Positions 19,179 to 27,662 of a stretch of 34,383 bases of DNA are shown in pieces. The position numbers and the translations under genes were made by a program. The stretch's first letter is position 1. Each line of letters starts with the position of its first letter. Origin of the DNA: an uncultured delta proteobacterium. Lineage in GTDB: Bacteria; Desulfobacterota; Binatia; UBA9968. The DNA lies in the NCBI GenBank assembly GCA_963847445.1, contig CAWJZV010000019.1:1-34383 (forward strand), written 5' to 3'. A model generated the notes under the pieces. The model had not been told where the DNA came from. It did no database searches and saw nothing but the letters and a program-made list of their open reading frames with translations.

Positions 19179-19485
19179 CTAAACTATAACCACGCAGATT
19201 TCGTTACCGTATGCGTTAGGCACATATCTGTCGGCTTTCCCGGCATTCTTCCAGCGCGATCCATCGAGCAAATAGCGAAACTGATATTCTCTTGCGCGGG
19301 CAAGAGTAACGCTGGCGGCGAAGCTCCCATTCTTTTGCTTCTTCATCGGATGACCATCTCGACTCCAATCATTAAAGTCGCCGACGATGTTCACGGCCCG
19401 CAGCGAAGCGATACCCGCTTTCGGCAACGAAAAAGTCACTGTGCACACCCCCACCCGTTTTACGATATTGCTTGCGCAGACTTAC
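19179..19485 (-). pseudogene. Isoamylase early-set / CBM48-like glycogen-binding protein, frameshifted
   Basis: VTFSLP, V.IVGDFNDW, MKK.KNG.F, YQFRYL.DG..W and D.YVPN.YG. The upstream SLRKQY.K is out of frame by one G in the G-run at about 19450. GGAGG is followed by GTA at the expected start position. Confidence 0.75.
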
Positions 19486-19653
19486 GATCAACCTCCAGTT
19501 CTAGAATCATGTTGCAGCAGAGCAGCGAGTAACGGTCCAGCGGTTTCCCCGAGTGTTTCTCGGACAAATCTCAAAGCTGACAAAAAGGCAGGGCCAATTT
19601 GTCATTTGTGAAATAAGCGGCGCCGCGGCTGATGCCGTACCCAGGGCTCCCTC

Positions 19654-19669
19654 CGGCACAAGAATTGCC
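19654..19669 (+). promoter_or_regulatory. Probable sigma54 promoter for the small protein and ZIP genes
   Basis: CGGCA-CAAGAA-TTGCC, canonical spacing. Confidence 0.6.
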
Positions 19670-19814
19670 CAAAGCAGGAGTAGTCGTCGCTGCGTCGGCT
19701 GATTCGGCGATACCACTGTGGTGACAATAAAATGCCAGTGGTCTTGATTGCTAAAAGGGGCGTTAGTGATTTCAACTTGCGAACGGATTGATTGTGAGAG
19801 AAGGAGGATGGGAC

Positions 19815-20021
19815 ATGAATATGGGTTCTGAGCGCGAGATCAAACACATGACGATCGGTGATTTAATCGTCGCGGTTACTGAAGCTGCCTTTGAGGCAAC
19901 TCAAGATGAAGACGAAGCTTATGAGATTGCCAGCCTCGTCATCGCCGACCTTTTGCAATCTTCGGCTCCGGGAGCTGCCGCGCATTTGCTTGATGCCTAC
20001 GGCGATATTCCCATCCAGTAG
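19815..20021 (+). CDS. Small acidic helical hypothetical protein (68 aa)
   Basis: Strong SD AAGGAGG 7 nt before the ATG; amphipathic pattern TIGDLIVAVTEAA...DEDEAYEIASLVIADLL. Confidence 0.7.
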   Translation: MNMGSEREIKHMTIGDLIVAVTEAAFEATQDEDEAYEIASLVIADLLQSSAPGAAAHLLDAYGDIPIQ

Positions 20022-20082
20022 ACATGGGCGAGTCGGCACGCATCATGTTGTGAGAGAGCATCACGCTGATCGGTAAAGCATC

Positions 20083-20829
20083 GTGCAGCCCATCACTGCG
20101 GGATTCTTGGCCAGCCTTGCCGCGGGTCTTGCGACCGGCGTAGGCGCGCTACCGGCATTGTTAGTCAAGAAGGCCTCCGACAGATCGCTCGATGCCATGT
20201 TGGGCTTCGCCGCCGGCGTCATGATCGCGGCGTCTTTGTTCGGGTTACTTGTGCCAGCATTTCGTCTCGGTGGTATCTGGGTCTCTATGGCGGGTTTCCT
20301 GCTCGGTATGGCGTTCTTGGACCGCGCCAATTTGGTCATACCGCATCTTCATAGACTGCGTGGCCAAGAAGGCCCATCGGCGAATCTGCGCCGAGTCTCG
20401 CTGCTGTTGTTGGCCATGGGAATTCATAATATCCCGGAAGGACTCGCCGTCGGCATCAGCTTCGGCGAAGACGATCGAAGCGCTGGCCTCGTAATCGCTA
20501 TCGGCATTGGCTTACAAAATATCCCGGAAGGCGTAGCAATCGCATTCCCATTGATACGTGAAGGATACAACCGTTGGCAGGCGGTTCTCTATGCAACGTT
20601 AGCCGGCCTGGTGGAACCCGTTTGGGGTCTCGTCGGTGTTACCTTGGTCACAGCGGCCAAGTCGATTTTACCCGTCGGGCTGGCGTTCGCCGCGGGGGCG
20701 ATGCTTTTTGTTGTGTTTCAAGAAATCATCCCTGAAAGCCACAAACGGGGATACCAGCGCGAGGCTACGTTCAGCACACTCTTGGGAATCCTGCTCATGA
20801 TAACGCTGGCTTACGCCGTCTCGCCGTGA
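20083..20829 (+). CDS. ZIP family divalent metal transporter (ZupT/GufA-like)
   Basis: LGFAAGVM, HNIPEGLAVG, QNIPEG, FAAGAM and EIIPESH; multiple transmembrane helices. Confidence 0.93.
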   Translation: MQPITAGFLASLAAGLATGVGALPALLVKKASDRSLDAMLGFAAGVMIAASLFGLLVPAFRLGGIWVSMAGFLLGMAFLDRANLVIPHLHRLRGQEGPSANLRRVSLLLLAMGIHNIPEGLAVGISFGEDDRSAGLVIAIGIGLQNIPEGVAIAFPLIREGYNRWQAVLYATLAGLVEPVWGLVGVTLVTAAKSILPVGLAFAAGAMLFVVFQEIIPESHKRGYQREATFSTLLGILLMITLAYAVSP

Positions 20830-21028
20830 ATTCAGGATTCGCGAATCGGTTTGGCCGAGATTCGCAGATGCGCGAATGAGTGCCGCGGCACATGGGCCGC
20901 TATGTCATCTTCGCTTTTGCTGCTGAATTCACTTCCTAGCTGTTCTGCAGGCTTGCTGCGCCATGTTCATAGAGCCGGTTGGCAAATTGCCGCGGATTAA
21001 GGATGGCGTGAATATCGCCAATCCCAGA

Positions 21029-21044
21029 CGGCACAGAAGTTGCG
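21029..21044 (+). promoter_or_regulatory. Sigma54 promoter of the lipoprotein operon
   Basis: CGGCA-CAGAAG-TTGCG, about 30 nt upstream of the ATG at 21075. Confidence 0.72.
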
Positions 21045-21074
21045 CTAGCTTTTTCCCAGAAGGATAAGACTGAG

Positions 21075-21413
21075 ATGAAATCCCTCGTCATTACGATCGG
21101 CATTGGTTCGTTGGCGCTGGCACTTTTGGGCTGCTCTGAACCGCTGACCACGCGAGAAACGGGCGCCGTGATCGGTACGGTTGGTGGTGCCGCCGCCGGT
21201 GGAATCATCGGCAGTGCAGTGGGTCACCCGGGAGTCGGCGCGGCGGCGGGTGGGGCGTTGGGTTTGGGCACCGGAGCGCTCATCGGCGATCGTTTGCAGG
21301 CCGTCGAAAAAAAACAAACGGATCTAGACAAGCAAATCAAAGAAAATGACATGGAGCTGCAGCGTCAGCGGCAGGAGATCGAAAAACTCAAATCGCCAAC
21401 CAAAGAACGATAG
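21075..21413 (+). CDS. Glycine-zipper lipoprotein with C-terminal coiled coil
   Basis: Lipobox LLGC; GAVIG..GGAAAG..IG and GAAAGGALG..TGALIG repeats. Confidence 0.85.
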   Translation: MKSLVITIGIGSLALALLGCSEPLTTRETGAVIGTVGGAAAGGIIGSAVGHPGVGAAAGGALGLGTGALIGDRLQAVEKKQTDLDKQIKENDMELQRQRQEIEKLKSPTKER

Positions 21414-21425
21414 AGAGGTTTTGCC

Positions 21426-21923
21426 ATGAAGCTGCGGTGGCTTTTTACGATAGTCAATTTCAGCTTGCTGTTTGCGTTCTTAGTCTCCGAACCGTTGCGC
21501 TGCGGTGGACGGTTGCCGGAGGTGCCGGCGGCACAGTTCCCGCCAGCGATTCTGATCGTTGAAGGCAAGACCATCCAAGGATTCGCTTATCTGTCAGGAG
21601 GCGTTAGCAGCGACGAGCGGGAGGTCATGGAGGAGCGGGGCAAGAGCTACAACGTCAAACTAGTTTTCGCGGAGAAGACCGGTGCCTATTTGTCCAATGT
21701 AAAACTGGTCATTGCCGATACAAAAGGAGGAGAGATTATTTCCATCACTACCAACGGGCCTTGGTTTTTTATTCAAGTGCCGCCCGGCAGTTACTCGGTC
21801 GTCGCGACATTTACGGCAGAAACGAAACAGCTCAAAGGTCTCAAAGTGCTGAAAGATCAAATGGTAACTCGCACGCTAATCTGGGATCTGGGGGAACAGT
21901 CTAAAGATCTCCATCAGCGATAA
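21426..21923 (+). CDS. Exported protein with a carboxypeptidase-regulatory-like beta-sandwich domain
   Basis: Signal peptide; YLSGGV..DER, YN.KLVFA...GAYL..V and GPW....PPG.Y.V.A. Confidence 0.75.
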   Translation: MKLRWLFTIVNFSLLFAFLVSEPLRCGGRLPEVPAAQFPPAILIVEGKTIQGFAYLSGGVSSDEREVMEERGKSYNVKLVFAEKTGAYLSNVKLVIADTKGGEIISITTNGPWFFIQVPPGSYSVVATFTAETKQLKGLKVLKDQMVTRTLIWDLGEQSKDLHQR

Positions 21924-22297
21924 CCGCTCGACAGCAAATTTATTCAAGGCGCGTACGATCTTATAGCTGTTTACTTTCTAGTCGCGCCGATCTCGGGTCT
22001 GAGTTTCGGCACTCACCTGCATATAGCTTACCGCGCGCGCGGCTCTTTCTTTTCCAACGTCACGATGACTTCAATCGCAGGGTGACGAGCGAGCGACCAC
22101 GACATCTGAAGCCAGTTGGGAAACGCTTATTTGAGCCTCCGAGAGGGGACTGCGGCTATTTCAATCGCAAGATTACGAAAAGACTTCCGCCCCGCCGTTT
22201 GACCAAAAGCAAGACCTGGCTCTTGTCCGTAACCTGAGCCACGGCGTTTTGCAGCTCGGCCAGGTTAGTAACGGGCTGACGATTTCTCAAGCAACAC

Positions 22298-23341
22298 TTA
22301 AACTGCTCCCTCCGAAGCCACGGGTTTCCGCTGCGGATAATTCCGTACGCCCAATTGGTCTAGCATGCTTGACAGGTGGTCACTCGTTCCCCAGTCGCTC
22401 CAGGTGACACCCTGCACCGGAAGAACCACGAGCGCCCGGCGATGCTCGAGGGGAAGTGCCTCAAGAACACCCTTGGAAAAATTAAGCGACGGTAATTTTT
22501 GATAAATCTGTTCGATCACCTCCTGCTCATCGGCTGTCCCGATTGCCTTTTGAACAGGCTCAAAAGAACGATAGATCTCCGGTGCAGCAAGCTGGATGAC
22601 GGACAAAAAAGTTTTACAAGCGAATACCATAACCATGGTATTCCATAGCGCGCCGCTGGCGATAATTTTCTTTGCTACTTCGGCGGAGGGTTTTTCCACG
22701 AACATCTCGACCTGCCTGGCCGAATTCGATCCGGAAGCACCAATTTTTCGCCCCGGAACAATATAACCGTATTCCGGGTCCGGCCCACACGGCTCCAGGC
22801 CCAAAAGCACCAAGCGAGAAGGGTCCGACTCGACCACCCGGAATGCGTGGTCCACATGACGCATAAAATGATCTTCTTCAAGAACGAAATGATCTGAAGG
22901 AAACACAGCGACAATCGCATCGGGATAGCGTTTATAAATGTGCAGCAGCGGAAGTAAAATTCCCGGCGCGGTTTCCTTATTCGCAGGCTGAATGACCAAG
23001 CTCTGCGGCGGCTTTAATTCAAGCTGGCGGTGAACTTCGCGGAATTTGAGATGTTCCTGTGCAATCACTACAAAAAGCCTGCGCGCAGGGATCAAGCTTT
23101 CCGCGCGATCCCAGGTATGCTCCAGCATGGATCGGCTGCCGACGAAGTTAATGTATTGTTTGGGCAAGCAATCATCCCGTCGCTGACGGACAAACTCTCG
23201 CAGCCGCGTACCGTTCCCGGCCGATAACACAATTCCACATCGAACAGCGGAACCCGGTGAGTCGCTTGGTTTTAGGTAGGCCACGATTTCCTCCGATTCG
23301 GGTATTTTTACTGGCGCTGCAAACGAACAGTTTGATGACAA
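22298..23341 (-). CDS. Sugar-phosphate nucleotidyltransferase (mannose-1-phosphate guanylyltransferase-like, no isomerase domain)
   Basis: IVLSAGNGTRL, PKQY, QP.NK.TAPG, FPSDH, EYGYI, FVEKP, WNT and WSDWG; the start codon is uncertain. Confidence 0.88.
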   Translation of the reverse strand: MSSNCSFAAPVKIPESEEIVAYLKPSDSPGSAVRCGIVLSAGNGTRLREFVRQRRDDCLPKQYINFVGSRSMLEHTWDRAESLIPARRLFVVIAQEHLKFREVHRQLELKPPQSLVIQPANKETAPGILLPLLHIYKRYPDAIVAVFPSDHFVLEEDHFMRHVDHAFRVVESDPSRLVLLGLEPCGPDPEYGYIVPGRKIGASGSNSARQVEMFVEKPSAEVAKKIIASGALWNTMVMVFACKTFLSVIQLAAPEIYRSFEPVQKAIGTADEQEVIEQIYQKLPSLNFSKGVLEALPLEHRRALVVLPVQGVTWSDWGTSDHLSSMLDQLGVRNYPQRKPVASEGAV

Positions 23342-23398
23342 GTCGTTTTGCTAACGTCGGGCCTATAGGTTTGCATTTGCTGAGACTGGTAACGCGAT

Positions 23399-23824
23399 TT
23401 AATTCGGCCTGTCGGTTGAAAGGGGCGTAGATTCACGTGCGTCTGATCGCTTGTCGGTGTCTCTTAGCAGTTGCCCAATTGCACGGAGTAAATCTTTGTG
23501 CGTAAAAGGCTTGGCGATGTAGTCGCTGAAGCCGCTCGCCAGATACCTTTGTCGGCTATTCGGGGCCACCCAGGCGGTAACCGCCAAAACAGGAATTTCC
23601 CGTGTCTTCGGGTTCGCCCTGATTTGCGAGACCGCTTCGAAACCATCCATTTTCGGCATCACTATGTCCATAAGGATCACATCCGGTTGCTCAGACAGAG
23701 CCATAACCACCGCCTCCATACCGTTTTTCGCAGCGGTGACTTGGTAGCCGAGAAATTGCAATTGTCGAGTCATCAGCTCGAGCAAGTCTTCGTTGTCTTC
23801 TACCACTAGGAGTTGTGTCTTCAT
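23399..23824 (-). CDS. Single-domain response regulator (DivK/CheY-like receiver)
   Basis: LVVEDN, ILMD..MP.MDG, AVTA and IAKPF. Confidence 0.93.
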   Translation of the reverse strand: MKTQLLVVEDNEDLLELMTRQLQFLGYQVTAAKNGMEAVVMALSEQPDVILMDIVMPKMDGFEAVSQIRANPKTREIPVLAVTAWVAPNSRQRYLASGFSDYIAKPFTHKDLLRAIGQLLRDTDKRSDARESTPLSTDRPN

Positions 23825-24356
23825 GGCAAATCACGTACTGGCAAGATACACATGGAGCCCGTCGGTGACTCCCTTTCCGCCGGCGCCGACTAGCGGGTCT
23901 AGCCGTCAGTACCACGCTGTTTTCTCACTTAGCCTGCTGATCTCCGCTTGATTTGAGCAGAATCCTGTCTTATCCGTTGGGTAATTAAACATGAACTCAT
24001 GTTTTTCGTAACGGTGAATTCCCTGAATTTTGTGTTCGAAATCCCTGATGATTGTCAATCGCAATAAACTATAGGCTCGATATTGGAGTTGTATCCCCAT
24101 CAGGGCATTCGGGCGATCCACCAGCGGGTATCCCGTCATCAATTATGTGAATGGATGTCGTCTCTCTGTTCCCGATCACCGCAGGAACTTGTACAAGATT
24201 GCCTGGTATCGCTAAGAACGGAATAAGGATGCCTGCGTTCTCTGTTCTGGGGAAACTTAAGCCGGAACTGGAACGGAGGGATGCTAGTTTAGTGGAAAAA
24301 TAACCGTTCGCTTGCGAATATATGTCTTGCATTGATCGCGCTATAGATTCTTGAGA

Positions 24357-26633
24357 ATGGAGCCGGTGGGCGGGGGGGCCCCAGGGGGGTGGAATATTTC
24401 TTTACGGAAGCAGAGAAAAAAAGTATCGAAAGAATCGCCGCGATTCGTCCGGGCGATTCTTGATTCCCTTGACGACCATGTCGCTCTCTTGGACGCACGG
24501 GGAACCCTCACCGCGGTCAACGAGGCCTGGGAAAAGTTTGCAATTCAAAACGGCGCGTCTGACCCATCGCGCGTCTCAGTCGGGGCGAACTACTTAGACG
24601 TTTGCCGGCAGGCCACAAATGCAGGGAATCGAGCAGCCGAGCAAGCCTTGAAGGCAATTGCGTCCGTGTTGAACGGCAGGAAGCACCACTTCACCATGGA
24701 CTACGAGTGTTCGTCGCCTTCGCAGGAGCGCTGGTTTAAAATGACTGTGCTCCGGCAAATAAAACCTGGTGCCGGCGCGGTTATCATCCATTCGGATATC
24801 ACGGACCGCAAACGGAGCGAGCAAGCGCTCCGCAGTAGCGAAGAACGGCTGCGACTTCTCACCGACGCTTTGCCGGTGCTGATATCGTATGTGGATGATA
24901 ACCACCGCTACCGCTTTAACAACAAAGGCTACGAGGACTGGTTTGGCCATCCACGTGAATACGTCGAAGGGAAGCACCTACGACAGATTATGGGAGAGAA
25001 GGCCTACCAGGCTATTCGTCCCCGAATCGAAGCCGCATTATCGGGTCAGTTGGTCACGTTCGAAGAGTTCATAGCCTATAAGGGAGCGGGGCGGCGTTAT
25101 GTCCGGGTGACCTACGTTCCCGATCGCCAAGATGGCCGGGTACGGGGTTTTTTTGCGCTCATCCAAGACCTGACGGATCGCAAGCAGAGTGAAGAAGAGA
25201 TACGCGAATCTCGCGATAAGTTGTCGACTATCATCACGGGTGCCGATGTTGGGACTTGGGACTGGAATCTTCCGGCCGGCTCCGTCGATGTGAGCGACCG
25301 CTTTTGCACGATGCTGGGATACGAGCCCGGGACCTTCGGCACCGATGTGCGGAGATTTTTTGACAGCTTGCATCCGGATGACGTGGAAAAGGTCAATCGC
25401 CTCGTCGCGGCTCATTGCGCCGGCGAAAGTGAATTCTACCGTTGCGATTTCCGGTTGCGGATGGCGGACGGCTCCTACAAATGGATTCACGGCGCGGGGC
25501 GGCTGATCGGACAGGATCACCAGGGAAAAGCGCTACGCATGGTCGGCATTCATATCGATATTAGCGATCGCAAGCTGGCCGATGAGGCTCTCCAGGTGAG
25601 GGAAGAAGAGTTTCGCTCCATGTTCGAGCTCGCCGCCGTGGGCAATGCTCAATCTGATCCTATAACAAGCCGTTTTACGCGCATCAACAAAAAGTTTTGC
25701 GACATGACTGGTTACACGGAAGAGGAACTTCTCAACATGACCTATCGGGATATCACCTATCCCGAGGATCGCGCCCGCGATATGGCGGAGATTCAGAAGG
25801 TCGTAAAGGGAAAGGCGGGCATGTGGTCGATAGAAAAGCGATATGTCCGAAAGGACGGCAAGATAATTTGGGTTTCCGTCAATGGAGCCGTGATACGACT
25901 TGATGGCAGGCCTCATCGGCTGGTCGCAAATGTTGTCGACGTTACAGAGCGTAAATCCTATGAGGAGGCGCTCCAGGCGCACCGGGAGGCTTTAAGAAAT
26001 CTCGCGGCAGAAGTTTCCTTGACCCAGGAAAAGGAGAGGCGTCAAATCGCCGATGAACTCCATGATCAGATCGGGCAAAACTTAATGCTCGCGAAAATGA
26101 AGTTAGGCGAGCTAAACACTGTGCTGCCCGTTCAGTACTCGGCTTCCGTCGAAAAGGTCCGAACCCTCCTCGACCAGACCATAAAAGACACGCGCTCTTT
26201 GATTCGCGAGCTTTGCCCACAGGTGCTCTACGAGTTGGGGTTGGAAGCGGCTATTGACTGGCTGGTGGAGCAAACTCAGGTGAAATACGGTCTGCGTTGC
26301 TTCGCAGAGATAACGCCATTACGAAGACCGATCCGGGAAGACCGCCGGGTGGTCCTCTTTCAGGCGGCGCGCGAACTGCTCGTTAACGTTGCCAAGCATA
26401 GCCGAGCAAAACAGGCGACGATTGTCCTAAAAGGGGACAAAACACGCGTGACAATTCAGGTCGTCGACGATGGCTGCGGATTCGACCCAACGTTTGTGAC
26501 ACTTGCCAACTCCACCACCAGGGGGTTTGGCTTGTTTAGCATCCGCGAGCGTGTAGCGCTGTTGGGCGGCGAGCTGCGGATTCATTCCGCTCCGGGAAAG
26601 GGTACTAGAGCGACCCTGACGGTCCCTGCTTAA
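24357..26633 (+). CDS. Cytoplasmic multi-PAS sensor histidine kinase (HisKA_3/NarX-type)
   Basis: Four PAS/PAC repeats ending in DITDRK, DLTDRK, DISDRK and DVTERK; H-box ERRQIADELHDQIGQ; ELL.NV.KH, DDGCGFD, GFGL and GKGT. No transmembrane segment; the start is uncertain. Confidence 0.93.
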   Translation: MEPVGGGAPGGWNISLRKQRKKVSKESPRFVRAILDSLDDHVALLDARGTLTAVNEAWEKFAIQNGASDPSRVSVGANYLDVCRQATNAGNRAAEQALKAIASVLNGRKHHFTMDYECSSPSQERWFKMTVLRQIKPGAGAVIIHSDITDRKRSEQALRSSEERLRLLTDALPVLISYVDDNHRYRFNNKGYEDWFGHPREYVEGKHLRQIMGEKAYQAIRPRIEAALSGQLVTFEEFIAYKGAGRRYVRVTYVPDRQDGRVRGFFALIQDLTDRKQSEEEIRESRDKLSTIITGADVGTWDWNLPAGSVDVSDRFCTMLGYEPGTFGTDVRRFFDSLHPDDVEKVNRLVAAHCAGESEFYRCDFRLRMADGSYKWIHGAGRLIGQDHQGKALRMVGIHIDISDRKLADEALQVREEEFRSMFELAAVGNAQSDPITSRFTRINKKFCDMTGYTEEELLNMTYRDITYPEDRARDMAEIQKVVKGKAGMWSIEKRYVRKDGKIIWVSVNGAVIRLDGRPHRLVANVVDVTERKSYEEALQAHREALRNLAAEVSLTQEKERRQIADELHDQIGQNLMLAKMKLGELNTVLPVQYSASVEKVRTLLDQTIKDTRSLIRELCPQVLYELGLEAAIDWLVEQTQVKYGLRCFAEITPLRRPIREDRRVVLFQAARELLVNVAKHSRAKQATIVLKGDKTRVTIQVVDDGCGFDPTFVTLANSTTRGFGLFSIRERVALLGGELRIHSAPGKGTRATLTVPA

Positions 26634-26649
26634 GCGAGTGCACAATATT

Positions 26650-27300
26650 ATGACGCAAACCATTCTCATTGCCGATGATCACCGGCTGCTAAGGGAGGGA
26701 CTGCGCGCTTTGCTTGAGCGCGATGGCTTTCAGGTGGTTGGAGAAGCGGATAATGGGCGTAGCGCAGTGAGACTCGCCAAGAAACTGCAGCCGGATATTG
26801 TTATCACGGATATCGCCATGCCCGATCTGAACGGCATTGAGGCGACCCGGCAGGTGCGCGCCGAAGCGCCGCGGTCAAAGGTCCTTGCTTTGTCCATGCA
26901 TACCGAGAGCGGTTTTGTGCTGGGAATTCTTGAAGCCGGGGCGTCAGGATATCTGCTAAAGGATGCGGCCTTTGAGGAGCTTTCCGTCGCGATTAAAGCA
27001 GTCCAAAATGGTCAGATTTATCTCAGCCCGGCCATAGCGGGTGTTGTTGTGAGACAGTCGCTCGGAGGCCTCGGCTCCAAACCCAGCTCCAAGCGAGCCA
27101 AACTGTCAAAGCGCGAACAGGAAGTTCTCCAGCTCATCGCCGAGGGCAAATCCACCAAGGACATAGCCGCGACGCTTAACGTCAGCGTAAAAACGGTGGA
27201 GACCCACCGCAAGCAGATCATGGACAAGCTGGACATCCACAGTGTTGCTGGGCTAACCAAATATGCCGTTCGAGAGGGGCTCACTTCGCTAGATAAATAA
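26650..27300 (+). CDS. NarL/LuxR family DNA-binding response regulator
   Basis: LIADDH, DIAMPDLNG, GYLLKD and the HTH LSKREQEVL.LIAEG.STK.IA..L.VS.KTVETHR. Confidence 0.96.
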   Translation: MTQTILIADDHRLLREGLRALLERDGFQVVGEADNGRSAVRLAKKLQPDIVITDIAMPDLNGIEATRQVRAEAPRSKVLALSMHTESGFVLGILEAGASGYLLKDAAFEELSVAIKAVQNGQIYLSPAIAGVVVRQSLGGLGSKPSSKRAKLSKREQEVLQLIAEGKSTKDIAATLNVSVKTVETHRKQIMDKLDIHSVAGLTKYAVREGLTSLDK

Positions 27301-27589
27301 GCCATGCTGGAAGCAGGGATAGATCGATTTTAGGCGGAGTGAGAGTTCCGCACAGCTTGTGACGGATCTGCCGGGCCAGTTGCGTCCACCCTTCCTCGCG
27401 GGTCGCCGGCAGGCGAACAGCCAAGGGGCGCAGCCCCACCCGCGTTTTGTCTAGCGCCCTCCTCGGCGCGCTCGCGGTCGTGATCATCGATGCATTTCCG
27501 CCGCGATGCTCGCGGCGCTCCTGTGGGGGAATGCGTTTGTTGCTACGTGAACCGCGGTCTCTCGCATCTTCGGGATAGTTATTCTTTCC

Positions 27590-27604
27590 TGGCATCGTTC
27601 TTGT
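27590..27604 (+). promoter_or_regulatory. Probable sigma54 promoter of the UPF0182 gene
   Basis: TGGCA-TCGTTC-TTGT (C to T at -12), about 59 nt upstream of the start. Confidence 0.6.
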
Positions 27605-27662
27605 GTACAGCAGCATTGTAGCTCATGCGTCAAGGAGCCTTGCCCGTAACGTATGAGGAATC

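Noticed and set aside
19724-19737. TGGCA-N5-TTGT on the minus strand, with similar near-matches at about 22007 and 23360
   Set aside because: Spacing is off by one base, which sigma54 does not tolerate.
22070-22170. TTCAATCGCA direct repeat about 90 nt apart
   Set aside because: Only two 10-bp copies; not a CRISPR or tandem array.
23906-24332. Two short minus-strand ORFs in the region between the receiver and kinase genes
   Set aside because: No family motifs or SD; more likely divergent promoter DNA.
27380-27540. GC-rich stems including CCAAGGGGCGCAGCCCC, loosely similar to the 113-bp insertion; considered as an ncRNA or riboswitch
   Set aside because: The similarity is too short and no conserved RNA family signature was seen.
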